Below, in pieces: positions 38,859-48,932 of a stretch of DNA of 54,981 nt (the stretch's first letter is position 1; every line of letters starts with the position of its first letter). A model generated the notes under the pieces. The model was not told the DNA's origin, made no database searches, and saw nothing but the letters and a program-made list of their open reading frames with translations. This stretch comes from Verrucomicrobiota bacterium (GTDB lineage: Bacteria; Verrucomicrobiota; Verrucomicrobiia; Limisphaerales; UBA1096): NCBI GenBank assembly GCA_030747605.1, contig JASLKL010000002.1, positions 1 through 54,981 on the forward strand, given 5' to 3'. Made by a program: the position numbers and the translations under genes.

Positions 38859-40223
38859 TTATTGAAACGGTTTCCAATTCTGAATGGCCGCCTGCGCTTC
38901 CTCAAACTCTTTTTCAAGTCGATCAACCAGCTTCGGATTTTTAGCAGCGATATCCGTTTTCTCACCGACGTCACTCGTCAAATCGAAAAGTAGGCCATTT
39001 TTGTGGAGCTCAGAGGGCTCGCGTGCGCCGGTGTCTGGATCACGTGTCCGCGAGCGCGTGCGGTAATGTAGTTTGTAACGTCCGCTCCGGTAAGCCATCG
39101 GCTGATGAAAGTAATGCAAATGACGAATGCGCTTGCCTGTCTCTCCAGTGAGCCAGTGGTCTGAAAAATCGATTGAATCAATCGCCTGTCCCTCTCCAAC
39201 GGTCCCGTTAGTCATTCGGGCAAACGTGGCGTACATATCGTAATTTACCATCAACTGATCGGACACCGCCGGGGCAATTTTTCCGGGCCATGAGACGATG
39301 CAGGGCACACGATCGCCGCCCTCCCAAGTCGTTGATTTTTCACCACGCAATGACCCACTCACACCTCCGAATTCCTTAAACATCGTCCACGGGCCATTGT
39401 CGGAAGTGAACACCACAATCGTTTTCTTGATGAGTTTCTCCCTCTTGAGCGTTTTAACGATCTCACCCATCGACCAATCGATTTCCTCAATCACATCACC
39501 GTACACGCCGTTCGTACTTTTGCCATCAAACTGGGGCGAGGCAAAAATCGGCACATGCGGCATGTTGTGCGCGAGGTAGATAAAAAATGGGTTCTCTCGG
39601 CTTTCCCGAATCAACCTCACGGCTTCTTCGGTATAGCGTCGGGTGAACAGCGACTGCGGCACGACGGGGCCCTTGTTTTGACGATTCACAATCAAAGGTG
39701 TTTCCCATGAAGATTCAGGTGCATCACGAAACGAAGCATAATCCGGCCGGGGGCCGTTCCAGTCGTTGCTGCCGAGCGTACCATACCAGTAATCGAAACC
39801 CTGATCCAGCGGATGCAATCCCTTGCCAATTCCAAGATGCCATTTTCCAATTATAGCAGTTGCATATCCTTCGGCTTTTAACATCTCCGGCATGGTAATT
39901 GCATCTGCAAGGCGACCCATTTTCCCACGCGAATTTTCCCACGGACGACTAGCATGACAACCTGTCATCAAAGCCCGACGGCTTGGAGCACACCAAGGTG
40001 CAGCATGAAAATCCATCATCTTTAATCCAGTTGAAGCTAATGAATCAATATTTGGCGTGCTATTGAGCAAACTGCCGTAACAACCTAAATCTCCATAACC
40101 CAAATCATCAGCAAGGATATAAATAATATTAGGCCGTTCCTCATCTATTGGCTGTGGCTTTCCAAGCGGCGCAATTGCTAACAGCTGAAGAACTATCCAG
40201 ATGATAGATCTTTTAAAGCTCAT
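38859..40223 (-). CDS. sulfatase (arylsulfatase A-like), Cys-type
   Basis: 454 aa. DDLGYGD, CAPSRRALMTGC, GKWHLG, LAHNMPHVP, FTSDNGPW. Close in layout to the 16185-17618 product. ATGA overlap with the upstream sulfatase. Confidence 0.9.
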   Translation of the reverse strand: MSFKRSIIWIVLQLLAIAPLGKPQPIDEERPNIIYILADDLGYGDLGCYGSLLNSTPNIDSLASTGLKMMDFHAAPWCAPSRRALMTGCHASRPWENSRGKMGRLADAITMPEMLKAEGYATAIIGKWHLGIGKGLHPLDQGFDYWYGTLGSNDWNGPRPDYASFRDAPESSWETPLIVNRQNKGPVVPQSLFTRRYTEEAVRLIRESRENPFFIYLAHNMPHVPIFASPQFDGKSTNGVYGDVIEEIDWSMGEIVKTLKREKLIKKTIVVFTSDNGPWTMFKEFGGVSGSLRGEKSTTWEGGDRVPCIVSWPGKIAPAVSDQLMVNYDMYATFARMTNGTVGEGQAIDSIDFSDHWLTGETGKRIRHLHYFHQPMAYRSGRYKLHYRTRSRTRDPDTGAREPSELHKNGLLFDLTSDVGEKTDIAAKNPKLVDRLEKEFEEAQAAIQNWKPFQ

Positions 40224-41626
40224 TCGACCGGACGAAGTTTAAGTCTAGCAGTATGAATTGCCTTTGCTTCAGACTCCTTATCAAACTTCGGATTGAGAGC
40301 CTTAGGAACAATAGCACCAGTATCCCTTCTCCAAGATTTAAGCAATCCATGTAATCTCTTAACCATAGCAGGTCTTTCTTTTGCCAAATCGTTTTGCTCT
40401 GCTATATCCTCCTTAAGATTAAACAATTTAAGTGCTCCATCTTCAAAATATTCATGCAACTTCCATTCTCCTAAACGAATGACACTACATGGACGAGTAC
40501 GAAACAATGGATCTCTTTGCTCTTCATAAACATCGTAGCTCTGTAAATAACATGGGAAATGCCAGAACAGCGGACGAGGGCCAACCGTTTGCACTTGTCC
40601 AAGCAAAAAAGGCATTAGGCTGACACCATCAAGCAGCTGATTCGGACGATTTGCACCAGATAAATCAAGTAAAGTAGGAAAAAGATCAACTCCGATTATA
40701 GGCTCATCCGTCTTTTGACCTCCTTTAATCTTATTTGGCCAATTCACAAAAAATGGAACACGAATTCCTCCCTCAAAATAATTCCCTTTATACCCGTAAA
40801 GTGGGGCCATATCAGTAGCCGGACCATATCCACCATTATCCGAGGAAAATAAAATTACAGTATTATTACGCTGTCCACTTTTATTAAGTTTGGCAACCAG
40901 CCTGCCAACCCCTTCATCAACAGACTGAATCATAGCAGCCATGACTGGATCACGATGAAGTTTACCTGGACCTTTTTTTTGATACTTGGATATTATTTTA
41001 TTTTTAGCCTGAAGAGGAGTATGCACGGCATAATGTGAAAGATAAGCACACCACGGCTTATTAGATTTTTCACCAATAAAATCTAGAGTTCTTTCCGTTA
41101 GTAAGTCTGTTAAATATTCCCCATTCTTTCCTTTATGGCCTCGCATACCAGGAATCTTGTTATGCTCAACCACAACATCGAACCCTTGAGCCTTTGGCGA
41201 TGGGCCAAGATGCCATTTACCAAACATTCCTGTCCTATAGCCGGACTGCTTTAAGCATTCCGCCCAAGTAATAATATTCAGTCCAAGTTTATTAGTTCCA
41301 GCAATATGCTCTAGTCTACGATGCTTTTCATTTCCTCTTGGTCGAGTGCCAACATTGTAAATTTGATGGCGCGGCGTGTATTGACCGGAAAGCAGGCAAG
41401 CTCTTGCCGGGGCGCAATTGGCTGAAGTCGAATAGGCATCGGTGAAGATCATCCCACGCTTAGCTAAGCGGTCGATGTTCGGAGTTTCATAAAAATCCGA
41501 ACCCATGTAGCCGGTATCTTTCCAGCCAAAATCATCAAGATAAATGAAAAGAATATTCGGACGCTGATCCGCCTGTGCCGTTAAGCTAAGCACGAAAACA
41601 AAGCACCAAATCAGGCGCTTTGTCAT
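40220..41626 (-). CDS. sulfatase, Cys-type
   Basis: The open frame extends to 41677, but the ATG at 41626 gives the signal peptide MTKRLIWCFVFVLSLTAQA and a 4-nt ATGA overlap with the upstream stop. RPNILFIYLDDFGW, CAPARACLLSGQ, SSDNGG. Confidence 0.9.
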   Translation of the reverse strand: MTKRLIWCFVFVLSLTAQADQRPNILFIYLDDFGWKDTGYMGSDFYETPNIDRLAKRGMIFTDAYSTSANCAPARACLLSGQYTPRHQIYNVGTRPRGNEKHRRLEHIAGTNKLGLNIITWAECLKQSGYRTGMFGKWHLGPSPKAQGFDVVVEHNKIPGMRGHKGKNGEYLTDLLTERTLDFIGEKSNKPWCAYLSHYAVHTPLQAKNKIISKYQKKGPGKLHRDPVMAAMIQSVDEGVGRLVAKLNKSGQRNNTVILFSSDNGGYGPATDMAPLYGYKGNYFEGGIRVPFFVNWPNKIKGGQKTDEPIIGVDLFPTLLDLSGANRPNQLLDGVSLMPFLLGQVQTVGPRPLFWHFPCYLQSYDVYEEQRDPLFRTRPCSVIRLGEWKLHEYFEDGALKLFNLKEDIAEQNDLAKERPAMVKRLHGLLKSWRRDTGAIVPKALNPKFDKESEAKAIHTARLKLRPVE

Positions 41627-43182
41627 GGCTGTTCCTCCTTCAGTCTCGGCATCTTGGCATCCACCTCTTTTCGCCAAGCACGCAACTTGGCCAAGAGCTT
41701 GACTGCCCGTTCTTGCTCAGTGGCTGCCAAATCGTTTTGTTCACCCAAGTCCTTCTTAAGGTTGAACAATTGCACGGTGCCGTTTTCAAAATACTCAAGC
41801 AATTTGTAGTCCCCTTCGCGAATCGCACCAGCTGGACTCTGCATTCCATGATTACTGTAGTGAGGGAAGTGCCAATAGATCGCCCCTCTCTCAAACATCT
41901 CGCCGCGAAGAGCAGGCACAAAACTCTTCCCGTCCTTATGCTGGTCAGGGCTAGCCGGAAGGCCTACCATGTCTAGAATGCTAGGATAGAAATCCGTGCT
42001 AATGACCGGCTCGGTGCAAACCACGCCGGATTTACCTTTGCCCGGCCATTTGACGATCATAGGCACTCTAACCCCGCCCTCATATAACCAGCCCTTGGCT
42101 CCCCGAAGGGGAAGATTGGAAGTCGCATAGGCCGAATCGAGCTGACTGTTCTTAATCACTCGTTTTGGATTTCCGAAGTTGCCAGCTGACATCCCTCCGT
42201 TGTCAGAGACAAAAATAATAATCGTATTTTCCGCCTGCCCAAGATTCTCAAGTTTTTTCATCACACGACCTAGGCTCTCGTCCACAGCCTCCACCATGGC
42301 TGCAAACTCGATATTATCCTGCCGCTGCTTGATCTTGATCGTGCGCTGCGGCAGCACCTTGTGCCCCTGATGCGAAGACTTATTTAAAAGCTCTGTCAGT
42401 TGTTTTCTCGATAATTGATTTTTGTCATCCGGGTTGCCCTCGAGAATAAACTCCGGCTCTTGAACAGGTAGTAACTTGGACCGCTTGGCGCGATATTTTT
42501 CTACAAGATCCTCCCTTCCCTGAATCGGGTCGTGCACCGAAAAGTGGGAAAGATAAAGGAAGAACGGTTTCTCTCCAGCCTCCTCTATAAAATCGAGTGC
42601 CATGGAGTTCAATCGATCCGTCAGGTACTCGTCCTCTTTCCCTTCTATCTTAAGGCCTTCCATCTTGTACGGCGGATGATAGCCCCCCCTTGGACAGCAT
42701 CCGTTCCAACTTGGAATCTGAACATCGAATCCCTGACTCAACGGTCCCGCCTGATCGTTGCCTAGATGCCATTTACCAAAGATGCCGGTGCGATAGCCAT
42801 TCGATTTGAGAGCTTCGGCCAAGGTCACCTCCTCCAACGGCAACGCCTGTAGTTTCTCGGCACTCGACAATCGTTGAAAAGCAAAATCACGGCGCCCCGA
42901 GAGCCAATCGGTGAGATTCAGCCTACCCGGGTACTTGCCCGTCATGATGCTTGCTCGCGTGGGGGAACATACATGGCATGCCGCATAGGCATTGGTGAAT
43001 TTTACCCCTTGCTTGGCCAAACGATCGATGTTGGGCGTGTCATAAAAGGAACTTCCAAAGCAGCCGACATCGCGCCATCCCATGTCATCTACCAAAAAGA
43101 ATACCACGTTGGGCCGCTTGGCCGCATTGACCGACAAAAAGGCAAGCACACAGCACAACAACATTAGGAAAAGTCGTTTCAC
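41623..43182 (-). CDS. sulfatase, Cys-type
   Basis: 519 aa. Signal peptide. RPNVVFFLVDDMGW, CSPTRASIMTGK, GKWHLG, VSDNGG. Confidence 0.9.
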   Translation of the reverse strand: MKRLFLMLLCCVLAFLSVNAAKRPNVVFFLVDDMGWRDVGCFGSSFYDTPNIDRLAKQGVKFTNAYAACHVCSPTRASIMTGKYPGRLNLTDWLSGRRDFAFQRLSSAEKLQALPLEEVTLAEALKSNGYRTGIFGKWHLGNDQAGPLSQGFDVQIPSWNGCCPRGGYHPPYKMEGLKIEGKEDEYLTDRLNSMALDFIEEAGEKPFFLYLSHFSVHDPIQGREDLVEKYRAKRSKLLPVQEPEFILEGNPDDKNQLSRKQLTELLNKSSHQGHKVLPQRTIKIKQRQDNIEFAAMVEAVDESLGRVMKKLENLGQAENTIIIFVSDNGGMSAGNFGNPKRVIKNSQLDSAYATSNLPLRGAKGWLYEGGVRVPMIVKWPGKGKSGVVCTEPVISTDFYPSILDMVGLPASPDQHKDGKSFVPALRGEMFERGAIYWHFPHYSNHGMQSPAGAIREGDYKLLEYFENGTVQLFNLKKDLGEQNDLAATEQERAVKLLAKLRAWRKEVDAKMPRLKEEQP

Positions 43183-43305
43183 GGTGAAGGGATTCTGCCC
43201 AATACACTGCTACGTGGCAACGCTTGGCTCAGTTGAAGTTCAGTTTTTCGAGCAGTTTTTTGTGCATCACAAACCGATAACTTTACTCGATCTAGTGCTT
43301 CAAAA

Positions 43306-44787
43306 CTACTTTCGGGTTTTCGGGGTGGGATATTTATCGAGAATTGCTTTTAGTTTTTTTGCCACATCAGGCTTGGCTGTATAATGGTTTTGTATTTCCC
43401 ACGGATCAGCCTCGTAGTCGTACAACTCATAATCCACCGGCACGGTTGCATCGCTATGGTTTTTCCACTCGACGAAACGATACCTTTCGGTTCGGATCGC
43501 CCTTCCCAGTTTTCGCCCACGAGGATAGGCATGAAACGCATGGTCACGAACCCGGACTGAAGGGTCTTTCAAAACCGGCACCAAGCTAATCCCGTCGATC
43601 GGTTGAGGCACTTTCGGATCTGGCAAGCCGGCCAACTCCGCTACTGTCGGGAAGATGTCCACAGTCTCTGCAAGTTGCCGTGAAGACTCCCTCGCGCGAG
43701 CTACCCCGGGAGCTGAGATCAGGATCGGAATACGGTTGGCTTGCTCGAAATTTGTGTGTTTCGTCCAAATACTTAAATCACCCAGATGCCAACCGTGATC
43801 GCCCCAAAGCACCACGATTGTGTTTTCCGCCAACCCTAACTCGTCCAACGCACGGATGACTTTTCCAATCTGCGCATCCACATACGTTGTGCTTGCGTAG
43901 TAACCGTGAATCAGGTTGCGAGCCAACTCGTCCTCAATCTGTCCACCTGGCGGCACCGGCTTGAATGCTGAAATTTCCCCGCCACGCTTAAGTGCCACTC
44001 TCGGCGCGTCCTTGGGAAATGATTTATTAACAGCAAGTGGCAACTTAGCCGGGTCGTGCATGTCCCAATATTTTTTCGGAGCGGAGAATGGCAAATGCGG
44101 CCGCACAAAACCGGCGGCGATAAAAAACGGGGTACCTTCCTTTGCTCGGCGTGCCTTCGCAGCCTTCAATCGGTTGATCGTCTCGTTGGCAACGCGACCA
44201 TCGGCATAGTCCTCATCCTTGGCAACCGGAGCTTCAAACGCAGCTCCCCGGGGAAGCGAACGGATTTGGCCCAATTTTTGGTTCGTGAATAACGCCTCCT
44301 CTCGGGTGAGTTTCCCTCCATCCGTACTCTCGGGCACCAGATACTCGATCACCTTGTCATGAAAATGCGGCACCTCGAACGCCTGCGGATCTCCAAGGTT
44401 CCCGTGACCGATATGAAACACCTTGCCCAACGATTCAGCCCGATAACCGAATTGGGAAAAATACTGCGACATGGTCACCGCGTTCGGCATCACTCGGCGC
44501 AGGTGACTGCCCAACCCATAAAGCCCAGTCGAGGTCGAGTGCGCCCCCAGCATCAACGTAAATCTCGACGGGGCACAAACCGCCTGATTACAGTACGCTA
44601 GGTCGAAGCGTACACCCCTCTTAGCCAAAGCGTCCATGTGCGGCGTGATCGCGTGTTTATCACCGTAACAGCCCATCGCCGGCTTCAAGTCATCCACAAG
44701 CAGTAACAACACGTTGGGCTTGGACAACGCATATGACTTGGCCAAGCCAAGAAAAAGGATCGTTGAAAAAATCAGAATTCGTTTCAT
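43306..44787 (-). CDS. sulfatase (iduronate-2-sulfatase-like), Cys-type
   Basis: The open frame extends to 45057, but the ATG at 44787 gives MKRILIFSTILFLGLAKSYA and removes the overlap with the divergent nitroreductase gene. KPNVLLLLVDDL, CAPSRFTLMLGA, WGDHGWHLG. Confidence 0.88.
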   Translation of the reverse strand: MKRILIFSTILFLGLAKSYALSKPNVLLLLVDDLKPAMGCYGDKHAITPHMDALAKRGVRFDLAYCNQAVCAPSRFTLMLGAHSTSTGLYGLGSHLRRVMPNAVTMSQYFSQFGYRAESLGKVFHIGHGNLGDPQAFEVPHFHDKVIEYLVPESTDGGKLTREEALFTNQKLGQIRSLPRGAAFEAPVAKDEDYADGRVANETINRLKAAKARRAKEGTPFFIAAGFVRPHLPFSAPKKYWDMHDPAKLPLAVNKSFPKDAPRVALKRGGEISAFKPVPPGGQIEDELARNLIHGYYASTTYVDAQIGKVIRALDELGLAENTIVVLWGDHGWHLGDLSIWTKHTNFEQANRIPILISAPGVARARESSRQLAETVDIFPTVAELAGLPDPKVPQPIDGISLVPVLKDPSVRVRDHAFHAYPRGRKLGRAIRTERYRFVEWKNHSDATVPVDYELYDYEADPWEIQNHYTAKPDVAKKLKAILDKYPTPKTRK

Positions 44788-44878
44788 CCGAAAATTGGAC
44801 GCTGGTAATCCGTTGAGACCACGCTGATGCGATGGTAGGCTTCGCCAACAGATAGAACGCCACGCGTTGAAATAGACA

Positions 44879-45544
44879 ATGGAAGTCACAGAAGCAATTC
44901 GAAACCGCAAATCCACAAGGGCTTTTCTGCCGAAACCTGTGGGTAAAGAAATAATAATAGACATTTTGGAATGTGCCCGCTGGGCTCCATCCGGTGTAAA
45001 CTCACAGCCCTGGCAGGTTGCTGTTGTCTTTGATGAAACAAAAAATAAACTGGCCAATGCCCTGGCTAAATGTCGTGCTAACAGTGAATCTGCAAGGCAG
45101 GACTATGATTACTATCCCACCAAGATTGAAGAACCTTATATCTCTCGAAAAAAAGCATGCGGAAAAGCACTATATACCGCTTTGAACATACAAAAGGATG
45201 ATATCAAGAAACGTCAGGAACAATGGATGAAGAACTATTACAGTTTCGATGCGCCAGTAGTTCTTTACTTTTTTATTGATGAAATATTAGAAACTGGATC
45301 ATGGGTAGACTGCGGAATGTTTATCCAAAATGTAATGTTAGCCGCACGCGGATTTGGACTCGAAACCTGCCCTCAAGCCGCACTTGCCGAATATCCAGAT
45401 ATTGTCCGAAAGATTCTCGAAATACCGGATTCGAAAAAACTTATCTGCGGAATGGCGATAGGTCATGCCGACTACAATGACGACTCCTATCAATATCGAA
45501 CTGAACGTGAACAGGTAGAAAATTTCACTACCTGGTTTAATTAA
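44879..45544 (+). CDS. nitroreductase family protein (FMN-dependent NAD(P)H oxidoreductase fold)
   Basis: 221 aa. EAIRNRKSTRAF, ILECARWAPSGVNSQPWQ, LAARGFGLETCPQ; typical nitroreductase family signatures. Confidence 0.8.
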   Translation: MEVTEAIRNRKSTRAFLPKPVGKEIIIDILECARWAPSGVNSQPWQVAVVFDETKNKLANALAKCRANSESARQDYDYYPTKIEEPYISRKKACGKALYTALNIQKDDIKKRQEQWMKNYYSFDAPVVLYFFIDEILETGSWVDCGMFIQNVMLAARGFGLETCPQAALAEYPDIVRKILEIPDSKKLICGMAIGHADYNDDSYQYRTEREQVENFTTWFN

Positions 45545-45558
45545 AAAAGCCTTAGCCC

Positions 45559-46923
45559 TTATACGAGAATTTGACCAAGTGGACCTGTACTGTCGGCAAA
45601 ACGACGACGTTTCAAACCCATCACCTGTGCTTGAGTTAACCAAAGATTAGCCAAAGGCGTTCCAGTAGGCATATTTAAGTGCTGCCCTCCGGAACGCAGT
45701 TTCCCTCCACCTCTACCTGCCATAATAATCGGCAACTTATTGTATTGATGTGAAGCTCCATCACCCAGACCAGAGCCATAAGTAAAAACTATGTTATCAA
45801 GCAAAGTTGCCCCATTAGCCTCTTTTATTCCTGACATTTTCTCTACTAAATAAGCAAACTGCTCCATGTAAAATCGATCAACCTTGGCCAGATCATCAAT
45901 AAACTTGGTTTGATTATGCGACATTTGGTGGTGACTGCGCGGCTTATCAAATACTCCCTCAAACATGTAGGGAGTATTCCAACGCTCAGGACCAATCATC
46001 ATTGTAGCAACTCTTGTTAGTCCAGTTTGTAACGCAACAATCATTAAATCCCCCATCAAACGAATATATTCACCACGCGGGAGATAAGCTGCCACAGGCT
46101 CCTTGATTGAAGCCTTTAATAAACCATTTTTCATTCGAGCCATATTCTCCATTTGTTCTTCTATGGTTCGAATGGAATCAAAGTACTCATTAAATTTATC
46201 ACGATCCTCTACCCCTAATTCGCGCTGAAGTGTACGGGCATCCTCGAGCACTAAATCGGTAATGTTTCTAAAATTATCCGCATCTCTGGTGCCAAACAAC
46301 CGACGATAAACCTTTTGAGGATCCCTCATAGAAGGCGCAACATGCCCAGTACCGTACCATGAAATATTGTCAAAGTGGATCGACTCTATGTTGTCCTTAT
46401 GACTGTTACAGCTAAACTCCAATGTTCTAAACGGAGTTTCATTCCCGATATAATCAGCGACAACATGATCAAGTGTTCGATTCAGTGGCCAAGCAGAAGA
46501 TTTAATTTCATAAGGAACTGCACTGCTCAAAAAACAACTTCCACACTGTGCATGTACATCTGTCCCATTCTGGTAAACGCGATCCAAACCTGTAATGAGC
46601 GTGACATGTTGTTGAACCTTCTTCAGAGGCTCAAGCGTCGGGGTCCACTCTATGGGTTGATAGCCACTATTATATAAATCTGGCTGATTACGCCTTCCAC
46701 CAAGAAATCCCTGAAACTTAGGCACCTCAGTTTGTGACTCTCCAGGAAAAAAGGATCTTCTTACAACACCAATAGGAACATAGTATACCGCTAAACGAAG
46801 TGGTGGTTTAACCAAATCAACCCCTTTAGCTATTGACTCTAGCCAAGGTAACGAAAGGGTGGAACCAGCTGCCCCTTTTAAAAATGTTCGTCGATTTATC
46901 ACGGAAATATCATTTCGGTTCAT
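45559..46923 (-). CDS. DUF1552 domain protein, Tat signal
   Basis: 454 aa. NRRTFLKGAAGSTL, SHHQMSH, GSGLGDGASHQYNKLPIIMAGRGGG. 14-nt overlap with the upstream DUF1592-family gene. Confidence 0.75.
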   Translation of the reverse strand: MNRNDISVINRRTFLKGAAGSTLSLPWLESIAKGVDLVKPPLRLAVYYVPIGVVRRSFFPGESQTEVPKFQGFLGGRRNQPDLYNSGYQPIEWTPTLEPLKKVQQHVTLITGLDRVYQNGTDVHAQCGSCFLSSAVPYEIKSSAWPLNRTLDHVVADYIGNETPFRTLEFSCNSHKDNIESIHFDNISWYGTGHVAPSMRDPQKVYRRLFGTRDADNFRNITDLVLEDARTLQRELGVEDRDKFNEYFDSIRTIEEQMENMARMKNGLLKASIKEPVAAYLPRGEYIRLMGDLMIVALQTGLTRVATMMIGPERWNTPYMFEGVFDKPRSHHQMSHNQTKFIDDLAKVDRFYMEQFAYLVEKMSGIKEANGATLLDNIVFTYGSGLGDGASHQYNKLPIIMAGRGGGKLRSGGQHLNMPTGTPLANLWLTQAQVMGLKRRRFADSTGPLGQILV

Positions 46924-48916
46924 TCAAAAACGGCTCGCTAAGGATGATACTTTTCAGGAGGGGTTGAAAGCGATAATCCTTTTTTTTAGCCTCATCAGCA
47001 ATAATCTCCAATGCTGGCAAATCTGTTGCAGTTAACTTTCTACCAAGCGCAAAGGATAACATATGCCCAGAGAACGCTTTCACAAAACGTGGTTTTTCCG
47101 CCAGAATCGCATCTTTAAATTCTTCAATCGAAGAAAAATCATGCTTACGGAATAATTTGCCCGAAGAGTCAACTTTTCGGCCATTTTTATATGAGTCTCG
47201 CCATGCACCAACCGGGCCGTAATTTTCCAACGCAAAACCAAGCGGATCGATTTTCACGTGGCACCCTGAACAATCTGAACGTTCTCGGTGTACGGCTAAT
47301 CTCTCTCGAATAGTCAGTGGATTATCACTCTCCGCGTTTACACTTTCAGTCAAAGGCGGCACATCTGCCGGGGGAGGTTCAGGTGGATTATTGAAGATTA
47401 CTGTCAACATCCAGGCTCCACGTGTAATCGGTTGTGACCGAGTCGGGTTTGAAGTCATGGTCATCACGGCCGCGTTGGTTATAACTCCACCCTCTCGCCG
47501 ACTTGTAAGAAGCTCTCGCTTATAGGCCAAGCGCGTCGGTGGCAATCCCCCTGTTCTTTTTCCATTCTTATACCAATTGGAAAGAGGACTACTTCGATAA
47601 CTAAAATTGGAATCAATTAACTCATACACTGGTCGGTTTTCCACAAGAATAGTTTCAAATAATAATAATGGCTCAAGCATCATATGCATACTAGTCCTGT
47701 AAGCATTCGCGTAAAAAGTCGGGAACATGATTCGATCCGGTGTTGAAGTAATAATTCGCTCTAACTGAAGCCACTGCGCGGGAAAACTATCGCAAAACCG
47801 CTTTAATCGTTTATCTCCCAACATACGCTCTACTTGTGCGGTCAGAATCTCCTTCTGGCTTAGGGTTTTGGACTCCGCTAGCCTCAATAGTTCTTTATCA
47901 GGAATACTGCCCCAAAGAAAAAAAGAAAGCCGTGAAGCCAAGTTGAAATCATCGTCCACCCCATTAATAGGGCGATCGTAAAGATACAAAAAACGAGGAG
48001 AGCATAAAACAACTGAAGCTATGTCTTTCATAGCACGAGTAAAAGATTCTCCCTTGGCAATTCGGTATTGGACATTTTTGACATATCTTGCAACTAATTC
48101 TGAGGTTACAGGTCTGCGAAAAGCACTTCGAAGAAATTTCGACAATCGTTTATGAATAACTTGATCAAGCTCCTTACCTTTCTCTTCTGGCTCTGCAAAA
48201 AAGTCATCCCAGATACCACAATGCTTGGCCGTAAAAGTATCACTATTCACTATAGATTGACTAAGCTTGTAAAAGTCCTCCATCTGAACAGGAGACAACG
48301 AAAGGTGATCACCTTGATTGTCAAATCCATGCTCAGCACGAAGATCCTGCGGAAATGGCCCCACTCCAGCCAGCCGAGGCTCGATCATCTGCGACTTGCC
48401 AAGAGGCCTACTGCCAACATGAACTGTATCTGGAATTTTACCTGAAGCAGGATCAAAATATCCATAACTGCGCATCATTTTTTCCGGCAATGAAAACACC
48501 TCCACATTCAATTCAAGCAAATCTTTAACTGCATTATTATACTGGAACCGATTCATACGGCGTATTGGCGTCTTTGGAATTAATCTACCCTTAGAAACAA
48601 CATCATTAAGTATGCCACGCAACTCACTTACAACTCTTTCCCTGTCAATGGATTTTAGTTCCGGCTCCCCTTCAGGGGGCATCTCACCGTTATTAACAAC
48701 ATCTATGAGAGCCTGAAGAAGATCTATATTTTTACTTAGTGCTGCAGAAGTTTTAATCTCCAGAAGATTCACCTTTCCCTTCACCTTCCCCCCTTCTCCA
48801 TGGCATTTAACACAATGTGACCCGAACATTTTCAGAACAGAATGTTCCGATGAACTCACACTTGTAATCCCGAAAGAAAACAGCATCAAGATAACCGTTA
48901 ATCGCCAAAAGAACAC
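46910..48916 (-). CDS. DUF1587/DUF1595/DUF1592/DUF1588/DUF1585-type multi-domain protein with cytochrome c-like CxxCH motifs
   Basis: The open frame extends to 49021 and overlaps the upstream gene. The GTG at 48916 (MFFWRLTVILMLFSFGITSVSS) starts 16 nt after the upstream stop. CVKCHGEGG, FDNQGDHLSLSP, AFRRPV, LCSPRFLY, DCSGCHVKIDPLGFALENYGPVGAWR. Confidence 0.78.
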   Translation of the reverse strand: MFFWRLTVILMLFSFGITSVSSSEHSVLKMFGSHCVKCHGEGGKVKGKVNLLEIKTSAALSKNIDLLQALIDVVNNGEMPPEGEPELKSIDRERVVSELRGILNDVVSKGRLIPKTPIRRMNRFQYNNAVKDLLELNVEVFSLPEKMMRSYGYFDPASGKIPDTVHVGSRPLGKSQMIEPRLAGVGPFPQDLRAEHGFDNQGDHLSLSPVQMEDFYKLSQSIVNSDTFTAKHCGIWDDFFAEPEEKGKELDQVIHKRLSKFLRSAFRRPVTSELVARYVKNVQYRIAKGESFTRAMKDIASVVLCSPRFLYLYDRPINGVDDDFNLASRLSFFLWGSIPDKELLRLAESKTLSQKEILTAQVERMLGDKRLKRFCDSFPAQWLQLERIITSTPDRIMFPTFYANAYRTSMHMMLEPLLLFETILVENRPVYELIDSNFSYRSSPLSNWYKNGKRTGGLPPTRLAYKRELLTSRREGGVITNAAVMTMTSNPTRSQPITRGAWMLTVIFNNPPEPPPADVPPLTESVNAESDNPLTIRERLAVHRERSDCSGCHVKIDPLGFALENYGPVGAWRDSYKNGRKVDSSGKLFRKHDFSSIEEFKDAILAEKPRFVKAFSGHMLSFALGRKLTATDLPALEIIADEAKKKDYRFQPLLKSIILSEPFLNEPK

Positions 48917-48932
48917 AATGTTTTGCTCTTTA

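Noticed and set aside
41627-41677. 17-codon extension (MAKRGGCQDAETEGGTA) of sulfatase 40220-41626, overlapping the upstream sulfatase by 55 nt
   Set aside because: The ATG at 41626 gives a signal peptide and a canonical ATGA coupling overlap. The extension is most likely just open frame.
44788-45057. 90-codon N-terminal extension of the sulfatase ORF, overlapping the nitroreductase start on the opposite strand
   Set aside because: The extension has no signal peptide or family similarity. The internal ATG at 44787 is followed immediately by a typical signal peptide (MKRILIFSTILFLGLAKSYA) and leaves a clean 91-nt divergent intergenic region.
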